Position numbers and translations under genes: made by a program
Shown: positions 9,131 to 18,450 of the stretch, piece after piece
Position numbering within the stretch: position 1 is the stretch's first letter
Layout: every line of letters starts with the position of its first letter
Notes under the pieces: generated by a model
Databases searched by the model: none
Told to the model about the DNA's origin: nothing
The model's input: the letters and a program-made list of their open reading frames with translations, nothing else
Assembly (NCBI GenBank): GCA_027339965.1
Contig: DAHWNL010000078.1
Span: 128,001 to 192,000, forward strand
Reading direction: 5' to 3'
DNA from: Granulicella sp.
GTDB taxonomy: Bacteria; Acidobacteriota; Terriglobia; Terriglobales; Acidobacteriaceae
Length of the DNA stretch: 64,000 nucleotides

Positions 9131-11178
9131 ATCGTCTCGGACGAGGCCGACGCCAGCTACCATCCCATCCGGTGGCAGCTCTCTCTGCAGCACTTGCGGC
9201 GCTGCTCCTTGTTCTGCCGTGGCCCGGCCGCACCGTCCGCGCCGCCACTGCTTCTCCAGCCAGCCCGCTGCTGGGCTACGCCTCTCCGGTGGAGTTGCTG
9301 TTTTCGCCCGACGCAACGCGGCTTTATGTCCTCTGCCAGGATAGCGGCGAGGTGCGCGTGCTGAACGCTACAACCTACGCCCCCACCGCAACCATCGACG
9401 TGGGTCATGTGCCACGCGGATTCTTTCTCTCTCCCCATGGGAACAGGCTCTTCGTAACCAACTCCTGGGACGACACCCTTTCGGTCATCGACACCCGCGC
9501 ACTGAAAGTGGTGGCTACATGGCATGTCGGAATGGAGCCATCGAGCGTCATTGAGGGGCCTGCAGGCAAGCATCTCTATATCGCCAATCGCATCAGTAAC
9601 GACGTTGCTGTGCTGGACGCCCATACCGGCAGTGAGATCAAGCGACTTGCAGCCGGACGCGGAGCAAGCTACATGGCTCTCTCCCCCGATGGGCGGCGCA
9701 TCTACGTCTCTCATGTCTACCCCAACCCTACTCCTTACCGCACCCCGCCGGAGTCGGAGTTGACGGTGATTGACACGGCTACAGCAGAAGTGGTCCATCG
9801 TCTTCCTCTGCCCAGCATCGCCGGCGCCTTTCATATCGCGTTTACCCCCAACGGCAGCCTGGGCGTACTGGCGGAGATGCACCCCAAGAACATGGTTCCG
9901 GTCACCCAGGTCGAGCATGGCTGGGCCTTTGAAGATACACTCGAACTCTTTGGCTCCGCTGTACCGCATCAAGCAGTCGAAGTGCCGCTGGATGATCTGG
10001 ACAGCTATGCGGTGCGCCCCTTCGGCGTCGCCATCACGCCGGATGGTTCACGCCTTTACGTGAGCTGCGGTGGCTCGGACATCGTTACCGTCATCAACCT
10101 GTGGAACCTGCGCCGTTATCTTCACACCCACAGCGGGCCAATCGCGTATGATCTTGCCGCCAGCGCCCATTACGTCGTAGCCAGAATCTCCGTGGGCCAC
10201 GATCCACGCGGTGAGGTCGTCAGCGCCGATGGCCGTCGGTTGCTGGTAGCGAACCGGCTGGATGACACCATCAGCGTGATCGACACCGCCACCGGCAAGG
10301 TGGTCACTACCATCCCTCTGCCCCCATCCAGGCATCTGTGGGCAGAACGCTTCGGCCTGCAGATGTTCGCTGAGATGACCAACCCCTCTCCGGGGATGAG
10401 ACGTTGCCCAGCCTGCCATATCGACGAGCGCCATCGCAATGCTCAGAAGATGAACCTGACGCCACAGCAACTGCTGGCCGCCCTGCGGCGTGGCCAGCAG
10501 GCCTTCTATAGCGCGAACTACTCCTTTCATGGCGGCATGGGCTGTGCCAACTGCCACGTCGATACCACCATGGATGCGCTGTTGTGGAACTTTGAACCGG
10601 CTGGCCTGGGCCGGAACATCGTAGAAAACATGCTTCTGGAGGACATCCGCAACACCGCGCCGTACGATTGGACGGGCGTCAACCCCAACCTGCCCACCCA
10701 GTGCGGACCTCGTACCGAGTTATTCATCTGGCGCTCCCAGAACTACAACGCCCGCACCCTCGCTGATACAGCCGCCTATCTGAACAGCCTTCCGTCCCGG
10801 CCCAACCGCTGGCGTCTGCCCAACGGTCAATTCAGCCCCGCGCAGGAGCGCGGCCGGCAGATCTTTGATCGCACCGTAGACGACTTCGGCAAGCCCATCC
10901 CGCTGACCAACCGCTGCAACTTCTGTCACAGCGGTCCGCTGGGCACGGATAGCAGGAAGTTCGATGTAGGAACCAAAGGACCGTACGATACTACGGGGTT
11001 GTTCGTCACAGCGCAGTTGACTAACGTCGCACTCACCGCACCTTACCTGCATGACGGCTCTGCAGCAACCCTCGAAGAGATATGGACCACCCACAACCCG
11101 CATGACCAGCACGGTCGCACCAATGACCTGACCAAGAACCAGCTCAACGACCTGATCGACTACCTGCGGACCCGATGA
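9127..11178 (+). CDS. YVTN beta-propeller fused to cytochrome c peroxidase-like domain, three CxxCH (HzsB/HzsC-like architecture)
   Basis: ATGA overlap at 9127. LFVTNSWDDTLSVID and LLVANRLDDTISVID blades. CPACH, CANCH, CNFCH. NTAPYDWTG, ERGRQIF and TAPYLHDGSAATLEE CCP/MauG-type motifs. Confidence 0.85.
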   Translation: MNRLGRGRRQLPSHPVAALSAALAALLLVLPWPGRTVRAATASPASPLLGYASPVELLFSPDATRLYVLCQDSGEVRVLNATTYAPTATIDVGHVPRGFFLSPHGNRLFVTNSWDDTLSVIDTRALKVVATWHVGMEPSSVIEGPAGKHLYIANRISNDVAVLDAHTGSEIKRLAAGRGASYMALSPDGRRIYVSHVYPNPTPYRTPPESELTVIDTATAEVVHRLPLPSIAGAFHIAFTPNGSLGVLAEMHPKNMVPVTQVEHGWAFEDTLELFGSAVPHQAVEVPLDDLDSYAVRPFGVAITPDGSRLYVSCGGSDIVTVINLWNLRRYLHTHSGPIAYDLAASAHYVVARISVGHDPRGEVVSADGRRLLVANRLDDTISVIDTATGKVVTTIPLPPSRHLWAERFGLQMFAEMTNPSPGMRRCPACHIDERHRNAQKMNLTPQQLLAALRRGQQAFYSANYSFHGGMGCANCHVDTTMDALLWNFEPAGLGRNIVENMLLEDIRNTAPYDWTGVNPNLPTQCGPRTELFIWRSQNYNARTLADTAAYLNSLPSRPNRWRLPNGQFSPAQERGRQIFDRTVDDFGKPIPLTNRCNFCHSGPLGTDSRKFDVGTKGPYDTTGLFVTAQLTNVALTAPYLHDGSAATLEEIWTTHNPHDQHGRTNDLTKNQLNDLIDYLRTR

Positions 11179-11191
11179 AAGGACAGTGAAG

Positions 11192-12283
11192 ATGAGAGGG
11201 GTGCTCAACAAGCTTTGCCTGGGCGTGGCGTTTGCGGCCTCTGCGGCCTCAGCGTCTGCCGTGGCGCCAAAGCCGCCCGAAGTGCCACACTACCGCTTTG
11301 TCAACTACACCGTCGCGAACGGCCTGCCCAACAATCACGTCTACTCGGTTCTGGTGGATGGAAGCCGCGTCTGGGCTGGTACGGACGATGGCCTCGGCCT
11401 CTATGAAAATGGCAGGTGGAGAACTTTTACCACCAGGGATGGCCTGGCGCAGCAAGCCGTGCTCTCGCTGGCGCTCGACAAGCAGACCGGCGACGTGTGG
11501 GCCGGAACGATGGGTGGGCTGAATCGCATCTCCGGCGGCCGCATCATCGCTACCTACACACAATTGAACTCAGGACTCAGCAACGATATCGTGTACGGTG
11601 TATCCGTGGAAGGCAGGAATGTGTGGGTTGCCACAGCCGCCGGAGCCTGCCGGCTGAACCTGGATACGAACCAATGGTCGATCTATACCGACGAAAATAC
11701 CCCCATGAAGGAGATCTGGGTCTACGGCGTCTCAGCCGCATCGGACAAAGTCTACTTCGCTATCTGGGGAAGCGGTCTGCTCGAATATAACCAGCAAACC
11801 AGGCTCTGGGATATCTACGATGACCCCGACCACGAAACCGATCTTGTGCTCTTCAAAAACCAGGGGCTCATCCACGACATCGTATCTTCCGTCAGTTATG
11901 TTGATAAGACCGTCTGGGTCTCCACTTACTTCGGTGCCAGCCGCTACAACGGACGGTATTGGCATAACTTCCTCACCAAAGATAGCGGCCTGCCCTCGAA
12001 CTTCATCAACTACCTGAAGGCAGCAGACGCTAATCATGCGTGGTTCTGCACTGACCAGGGGCTGGCGTTCTATGACGGAGTCAGCTGGGCCGTCTACACG
12101 CCATCGCTCGCCACCGGCAAGCCGGAGATGTGGATGCGCGACGCCCAGGCTCATATCACCCACATTCCCGTCACCACCGCACCCGCCAGCAATTACTGCC
12201 TCGGTATCGATTTCCAGGGCCGCGATATCTGGGTCGCAACCGCCGGCGGACTAAGCCACGGAATCTTCCAACCGCAACCATAA
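11192..12283 (+). CDS. Secreted beta-propeller protein (two-component regulator propeller repeats)
   Basis: Signal peptide. Repeats NGLPNNHV...VWAGTDDGL, DGLAQQAV...VWAGTMGGL, SGLSNDIV and SGLPSNFI. Alternative GTG start at 11186. Confidence 0.8.
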   Translation: MRGVLNKLCLGVAFAASAASASAVAPKPPEVPHYRFVNYTVANGLPNNHVYSVLVDGSRVWAGTDDGLGLYENGRWRTFTTRDGLAQQAVLSLALDKQTGDVWAGTMGGLNRISGGRIIATYTQLNSGLSNDIVYGVSVEGRNVWVATAAGACRLNLDTNQWSIYTDENTPMKEIWVYGVSAASDKVYFAIWGSGLLEYNQQTRLWDIYDDPDHETDLVLFKNQGLIHDIVSSVSYVDKTVWVSTYFGASRYNGRYWHNFLTKDSGLPSNFINYLKAADANHAWFCTDQGLAFYDGVSWAVYTPSLATGKPEMWMRDAQAHITHIPVTTAPASNYCLGIDFQGRDIWVATAGGLSHGIFQPQP

Positions 12284-12295
12284 GGAGGTATCACT

Positions 12296-12796
12296 ATGAG
12301 CCCATTGACTGAACTTCTCGAGAGCATTGCCCACGCACCGGTCAGGAAACACGCCATTACCAACTACGGCGTACTGAATGAAGCCTACTGCTATGACAAG
12401 CCGAGTTCCTTTTCACGCGGCATGAGAATCGATCTCGGCCAGGTATCTATCCTGCTCATCTCCGGCACGGCTTCCATTGACGAGCACGGCAAGAGCGTCC
12501 ACATCGGTGACTTCCGCGCGCAGATGCGGCGCACGCTTTCCAATATCACCGGCTTGTTGGCCAGTGAAGGCTGCACCTGGCACGATATCGTACGGACCAC
12601 CTGCTACCTGCGAGACATCGAGCGCGATTACGAGGCATTCAACGAAGAACGTACAGCGTTTTACAAACAACTTGCACTCGACCCTCTGCCCGCTTCGACC
12701 GGCATTCAGGCAATCCTCTGCCGGCCGGAGCTGCTGATCGAAATCGAGGCCATCGCCATGTTCCGCAACGTTCAGACGGCCACCGCCAGGGAGTAG
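12296..12796 (+). CDS. Rid (YjgF/RidA-fold) protein resembling the catalytic domain of Hyg5/FkbO chorismatases
   Basis: SFSRG, LLISGTASIDEHGKSVHIGD...Q...TLSNI and AILCRPELLIEIEAIA motifs. Strong RBS TAAGGAGG. Confidence 0.8.
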   Translation: MSPLTELLESIAHAPVRKHAITNYGVLNEAYCYDKPSSFSRGMRIDLGQVSILLISGTASIDEHGKSVHIGDFRAQMRRTLSNITGLLASEGCTWHDIVRTTCYLRDIERDYEAFNEERTAFYKQLALDPLPASTGIQAILCRPELLIEIEAIAMFRNVQTATARE

Positions 12797-12801
12797 CCGC
12801 G

Positions 12802-14964
12802 ATGGTACAGAGATGGTTCGAGCGTTCTCCCTGTTACCGGGTACTCCGGGGAGAGCGAGTCGGCGCGTTTTCCGTTGGAAAAACCCATGCTCCTGTCGAT
12901 GCCCCGCGTTACCCCTGCCGGGGAGTCGCTCCAGCGGCCGCGGCCTGCCTTTGCCTGGCAGGCGTTACGCTTGCTTCTCGGGCTCAGCAGGCGCATCCGT
13001 CTCCGGCTGTGCCTCCTGCTCCACCGGCTATTTCCCACGCAACGGACTCCTGGTGCTCCTGTGGCGCTCATCCACCCGGCCCGGAACCGCTTTGGACTTC
13101 CAGGCCCTACGCCAATGTTCCACCGGACATGAAGCCCTACGCCAGGTTCGCCAAACCGTACTATCACTACTACACCCAGCCGACCATCTGGAACGGGCCG
13201 GGGCGCGATACACCCGCTCCCGCAAATCTCACCGAGGTGCGCATAGGTTTCGTCGGCCCCATCTCCCCGACCGATCCTGATTACACCATGGGTATGCGCA
13301 TGTTGCATGGAGTGCAGTTGGCCGTGGAAGAGGCAAACGCCCGTGGCAGCTACGGAGGCAAACCTTTCCGCCTGATGCTGCACGACGACTACAACAACTG
13401 GCAGGCAGCGGCGGTCGCCGGCCAGGCTCGTCCTACCAATCCTGCCATCTGGGGCGCTGGCTTGGATCCAGCCGTCAAGTGCATCTACGACGACAAGGAC
13501 TGGGCCATCTTCGGCTCCATCAACTCAGAGACCACCCACGAGATGTTGCGCCTCTCCCTCAAAGCCGAAATCCCCATCGTCAACTCGGCTTCCACAGACC
13601 CCACCATCCCGGAGACCTCCGTCCCCTGGTACTTCACTGATCTCCAGGATGACCGCGTCCAGGACTACACGCTGGCGCGCCGCATCTACACCGAACTGGG
13701 CCTCCAGCGGGTGGCTATCCTGCGCGTCAACAACCGCTATGGCCGCATGGGCGTCTTCAAATTTCGCGATGTCTCGCGCCGACTCGGCCATCCCGTAGTC
13801 ATCGAACAGACATTCGCGGCTGGAACCACGGACTTCACGCAGGAACTGAGAAGCATCCAGGACTCGCGCGCCGACGCCATTCTGCTTTGGAGCGATGAAG
13901 CCCCCGCGGCAATGATCCTGCGGCAGATGCGCGCCATGGGGATGAAGCAGCGCGTCTTCGGCTCATATCGCACGCTGGGCCCCACCTTGCTGGCTCAGGC
14001 AGGTCCGGCGGCAGAGGGGTTTGAAGCTGCGTTTCCCTATGATCCCAACCGCAACAACCCGCGGTGGCTCGCCTTCAATCGCCGCTTCGAAGCCCGCTTC
14101 CACGAACCGCCCGATTCGCTTGACTCCCTGGCCTACGATGCCATGAACATCCTGCTCGACGCCATCTGCAGGGCGGGCCTGAATCGTGTGCGCATTCAGG
14201 ACGCGCTAGACAACGTGCGGCAGTACGACGGAGTGACGGGGCACATGGTCTTCGATCCTAACCAGAAGAACGTAGCTCCCATGTACCTGGGCACGGTGCA
14301 CCATGGCGCCATCACCTACCGGCTCGCCCCACTTTCGGAGCTACCCCTTGCCGGGCAGTCCACAGGCGCCCAGGCTCAGGCCAGCCAGAAGCCTGCTCTC
14401 CATCCCGCGGCAGTGCCCATTCCCTATGCACGCGTCGGTGAGGATGGCATCCATTATTTCGGGCCGACACAGCCCAGCATACCGCTCGGCCCGGTGCGCG
14501 CCATACTCATCGGGCCCCAGGCTCAAAAACTGGCACAGTCGCCCGCGATCAAGGCGGAGTTGGCTGCTGCCGCGCAAAAGGGGCGCGCCTGGATGCTGCT
14601 GCCTGTGGACAGCGACCAGCAGTGGGGCGCTGCATCCACCCAGTTGGTTCGTGACTTGTGGAACGAACACCCTCTGGCAATCATTGCTTTCGGCAGCAAA
14701 GCCGGTCATCTGTCGGAACAGTTGGCGCTGAAGACCTTTGTCCCGGTTGTGGCCGTCTCCGACGACCGGACTCTGACCTCCGCGGCCGTGCCATGGATCT
14801 TCCGCCTCCCGACGGGAACCTCCGCGGTGGCCGCGCTGCATCTCCTCGCAGACGCTGAGGCTCGCGGAGGGCCCAATCCCGAACGGGTCAGGAATGTGCT
14901 GGCCTCGGGAGATCTGATCTCAGGATTCGCATTTCTTCCCAGCGGAGATCTGCGCAAGCCATAA
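12802..14964 (+). CDS. Type I periplasmic (branched-chain amino acid-like) substrate-binding protein with duplicated C-terminal lobe
   Basis: VRIGFVGP, GVQLAVEEANARG, NNRYGR, TDFTQEL, LAYDAMNIL and DGVTGHMVFD motifs. Start codon uncertain. Confidence 0.8.
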   Translation: MVQRWFERSPCYRVLRGERVGAFSVGKTHAPVDAPRYPCRGVAPAAAACLCLAGVTLASRAQQAHPSPAVPPAPPAISHATDSWCSCGAHPPGPEPLWTSRPYANVPPDMKPYARFAKPYYHYYTQPTIWNGPGRDTPAPANLTEVRIGFVGPISPTDPDYTMGMRMLHGVQLAVEEANARGSYGGKPFRLMLHDDYNNWQAAAVAGQARPTNPAIWGAGLDPAVKCIYDDKDWAIFGSINSETTHEMLRLSLKAEIPIVNSASTDPTIPETSVPWYFTDLQDDRVQDYTLARRIYTELGLQRVAILRVNNRYGRMGVFKFRDVSRRLGHPVVIEQTFAAGTTDFTQELRSIQDSRADAILLWSDEAPAAMILRQMRAMGMKQRVFGSYRTLGPTLLAQAGPAAEGFEAAFPYDPNRNNPRWLAFNRRFEARFHEPPDSLDSLAYDAMNILLDAICRAGLNRVRIQDALDNVRQYDGVTGHMVFDPNQKNVAPMYLGTVHHGAITYRLAPLSELPLAGQSTGAQAQASQKPALHPAAVPIPYARVGEDGIHYFGPTQPSIPLGPVRAILIGPQAQKLAQSPAIKAELAAAAQKGRAWMLLPVDSDQQWGAASTQLVRDLWNEHPLAIIAFGSKAGHLSEQLALKTFVPVVAVSDDRTLTSAAVPWIFRLPTGTSAVAALHLLADAEARGGPNPERVRNVLASGDLISGFAFLPSGDLRKP

Positions 14965-15133
14965 GTCCCCGCTTCGCCTACGTAGCAAAAGAACCACTGG
15001 CTGGAGCCAGTCCGGAGAAAGTGGCCGCATAGGGAAGACAACCTCCTTCCTCCCGGGGACGGTCTCCAGCGGTCGGGTACCTCTGTACCACTGGTCGTGC
15101 TGGCAGATTGGCGTTTGCAGCGCCGGCAAACGC

Positions 15134-16263
15134 GTGAGCGCTCAACGAAGCCCAGGGTCAGAGCGCGGCGAGTTCGGCCATGGTCGTGTCGTGGCGTAGC
15201 TTCCACTGGTCGGGGAGCCACAGGTCGAGGTCGGCGTCGGGCGTGACCGGCAGGTTGGTAAGCAGTTGGGTGAAGTAGATCTGCGGGTCGACCGCGTGGC
15301 GGCGGCAGGTCGAGGTCAGGCTGGAATAAGATGGCTGCCGTACGTCCGCCGCGCGGGTTGCCGACGAAGAGGCTGTTCTTCCGGTTTAGAACCACGCGCT
15401 TCATCTCGCACTCGCTGACACGATTGTCCAGCGGTATGGCGGGGTCGAAGAGGAAAACAGTCATCTCGGGCCATTGCCGGAGGGCGCAGCCGACAGCGTC
15501 GGCCATGGGATGCTTGGGCAGCAGGTACTCTTTCCAGCCAAGCAGCTTCTCGCGCGGCGCCGAGTGCTCCCCGCGCAGCGCCAGTCTGGCCGCAGGCTCC
15601 AGATCTTTTGCCTTGCGTTCGACCGCGTAGAGCGCGCGCACGTACTCGACCGCGGCAGCGGCGATCTCGGGAGCGGACTTTTCGGCTTCGACGAATCTTC
15701 TTTTCAGATGCGCCCAGCAGCCGGCGTGCGTGATGCCGTTGCGGGCGACAACTCCGTTGTAGCCGTCGTAACCATCGGAGAGCGCCAACTCGGCAGTCCC
15801 ATCATCCCCACCCTTGCTCTCCCACGGCGACCGGCATCGCTTCCAGCACCCGAATCACCGCGCAAAGTTGATCGCCGTCAAATCCAGGCCCCACCAGAAG
15901 GCTGCGCCCACCGCAAAGGGGAACTTCGATGGTAGACCTGTTCGAGCCCAACGAACTGCCCTCGGTCGGCTCCGCTTGAAGAGCCGGTGACTGGCGACTG
16001 GGTTTTTTCTCGCGAATGCCCCAACGACCGCAACCTCAACAAAACCGTCTGCCGCTCCATCCCTCAACCTCGGCCGCCAGGCGTAAAACCGCCCAACGCG
16101 CAGATCGCGTGCTCGGCAAAACGCCGCCACGCTCGCGCCGCTCATCTCCTGATCTCGAACCTGCTCCCGCCAAACCACCTACTCCGTCTTATCATGACGC
16201 CGCATGGGTCGAGTCTTACGCACCTCGACATCCCGCACAAGATGGCCTTCGTTGAGCGCTCAC
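15134..16263 (-). mobile_element. Internally deleted IS66-family element (tnpA remnant plus 3' part of tnpC)
   Basis: 17-bp perfect terminal inverted repeat GTGAGCGCTCAACGAAG at 15134 and 16263. tnpC motifs SDGYDGY, AGCWAHLKRRF, PLDNRVSE and LNRKNSLFVG. tnpA-like SGASVAAFCRARDLRVGRFYAW. Confidence 0.85.
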
Positions 16264-16286
16264 GGAATTTCTGCTCGATCTGAGGG

Positions 16287-17132
16287 TCAAGTCAGTACCG
16301 TCACCGGACCGCGACCCCTCCAGTTCGGGAAGGGAGACTGGCTGGCTCGCCGCAGTCGTCCTATCATCTCCCGCAGGCGATGGCGTCTGGCAAGCAGCGT
16401 AACTACAAGCAACTCGAGTCGATGGAGATCCGCCCCATGCCATTCTGGCGGCATGGTTTGGGCCAAGCTCCACAGAATGTCGGGGTCAAACTCTTCCATC
16501 CGGCTGAGCCATGGTTCGAAGCTGTTCCACCCGGTCACCCCAGCATAGACTCTATTGTCTGTGCACCTTCCTAGGAGTGGGGTGTCCTGAAACTCCCAAC
16601 GGCTGCCGCTGAAGCAGGACCCCTGATCGATGAACAGAACACGATACTCGGGCTCTTGCGCATTGCGTAGAAAGATGGCTTGGCGACGGTCGGTGTTGCC
16701 GGTCCATTGGTCGAAGGCGAGCATGGGGGCGAACTCACCTAGATTGCATACATTGCGGAGCCACTCGCCAGGCAGGAGATCAAAGGCTTGCTGATGCAGA
16801 ACCCCAGCGCCGAAACGGCTTCCGAACTGCAAGCCGCTAGCGCATCTCTCCCAACGCTGGTCTCCATAATGAATGATGAGTTGCGGACTGCGTTCGATCA
16901 GCCATTCACTGACCTGGATCATTCCCGTCCTCGGCACGGACAGCCCCACCACCTCTGCCATGCGGTTAGCCAGAAACTCATTGGCCGGTACCCGGGGATG
17001 CTGGGGATTATTCTTGAACTTAACCACCCACACTGCGTGGTCTTCACCCAAGATCAACTTGCTCTGCGAACCGCCTCGCAGGGAGGAGATCGCGTGCATC
17101 GCCCTTATCGGCGTCTCTTGGAAAGGCCCCAT
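16287..17132 (-). CDS. HipA-like (HipA_2 type) protein kinase
   Basis: LRGGSQSKL, WVVKFKNNPQHPRVPANEFLA, FDQWTGNTDRR and FIDQGSCF motifs. Start uncertain (ORF is open to 17303). Confidence 0.8.
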   Translation of the reverse strand: MGPFQETPIRAMHAISSLRGGSQSKLILGEDHAVWVVKFKNNPQHPRVPANEFLANRMAEVVGLSVPRTGMIQVSEWLIERSPQLIIHYGDQRWERCASGLQFGSRFGAGVLHQQAFDLLPGEWLRNVCNLGEFAPMLAFDQWTGNTDRRQAIFLRNAQEPEYRVLFIDQGSCFSGSRWEFQDTPLLGRCTDNRVYAGVTGWNSFEPWLSRMEEFDPDILWSLAQTMPPEWHGADLHRLELLVVTLLARRHRLREMIGRLRRASQSPFPNWRGRGPVTVLT

Positions 17133-17848
17133 CTGTCTGGCCGGCTGTCCGGTCAGCGTAGAAACGGCTTCTGAAGCCCCATGCGCTGTCTCCGCCAAGG
17201 GGTTCAGCGATGCTTTGCTCTCCATCCGTCGGGAGGCGCACAATAAGGGTTCTACAGACGCGTCTACTGTCACACTCTGCCACGCGCTCGCTCCCATAAG
17301 CACACACCTCTAGGTGTTAATCGGAGAAAGAAGGTGTATCATGAGATGTGTCGCAATTTGGAGCATCCTTCGCCCAGATTCCATCGCAGTCCGCCGCCCG
17401 ATACCCTCCGCGCTTCCAGTCTGATCCCAGCCAGCGCATGAAGGCCCTCCAGTGGGTTGTCATTCTTCCAACCCATGCTCTTGTTCGCTAAACCGAGCTC
17501 GGGCCTCCACTCTGCCGTCCACAGGTTCGTGGCGACTGTTGGTCGGATCCAACCGCCCCGCTCTAATGCCGGCTTGTTCGGAAATTCCCAGTTCTTTCCT
17601 GGCTCCTTATGCTTGTCAGCGCCAGTTCTTGCCTGAAAGCGCTCTCCAAGTGCGTACCTGGATCTTCACTTCTCTGAGCCTGCCAACAGCCTCGCAACCG
17701 ATCCCCGGCAACAATTCTTCCTCGCCCTCGGAGCCGGCAACACGGAACCAGAGTCCTCTGCGGAGATGAGCGGTCTACTCTCTCTATCCCACTCAGGACT
17801 GGTCTCAGTCACCACCCTTTCATCCGCGGAGATCCAGGATCTTCGTCT

Positions 17849-17864
17849 TGTGATGAAGCTCACA
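17849..17864. promoter_or_regulatory. CRP/FNR-family binding site
   Basis: Perfect TGTGA-tgaagc-TCACA about 110 bp upstream of the tetraheme cytochrome start. Confidence 0.6.
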
Positions 17865-17976
17865 TACGATCGCCCTTTTCGTGCCGCCCAATAAGGCAAC
17901 ATCGAATTGTCCTCCCGAGATTCACCCTCTAGAGGGCCGGTTCGCTGCAATTGCCGGGCGAAAGCGACATCGCTTG

Positions 17977-18450
17977 ATGAAAAACTTCCGGGATTCGGAA
18001 CATCTGCTCAGATTCGCCTTTCTGTTTGCGATGGTGCTCGCCCTCTTTCTAATCGTGCGCCACTTCGTCGTGCCCAAGAGTTTCGGAGAATACGGCCACT
18101 ATCGCGGGGCTGCCATCGGCGAGACCGCCGCACGGCCGATTCACTTCGCCGGACAATCCGCCTGCGCAACCTGCCACACGGACATCGCGGCAACCAAACA
18201 GGCCGGCATGCACGCTGGCGTTCACTGCGAAGCTTGCCACGGGCCTCTGGCCAAGCATGCCGCCGATCCGGCATCCGTTCAGCCGCCCAAACTTGACACC
18301 GCAGTTTTGTGCGTCCGGTGCCATGCAGCCAGCGCCGCCAAGCCGAAGAACTTCCCCCAGGTAGCCGCGGCAGAGCACTCCGGCGGATTGGTCTGTGAGA
18401 CCTGCCACCACCCCCACAGCCCTGCTATTCAAAGTGAAGGCGCCAAATGA
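17977..18450 (+). CDS. Membrane-anchored tetraheme cytochrome c
   Basis: N-terminal TM helix; CATCH, CEACH, CVRCH, CETCH. Confidence 0.9.
   Translation: MKNFRDSEHLLRFAFLFAMVLALFLIVRHFVVPKSFGEYGHYRGAAIGETAARPIHFAGQSACATCHTDIAATKQAGMHAGVHCEACHGPLAKHAADPASVQPPKLDTAVLCVRCHAASAAKPKNFPQVAAAEHSGGLVCETCHHPHSPAIQSEGAK

Noticed and set aside
5949..11178. Calling these genes bona fide anammox hzsA/hzsBC
   Set aside because: The alpha-like protein is much shorter with one heme motif, no hydrazine dehydrogenase/HAO genes are in the window, and the housekeeping genes look acidobacterial.
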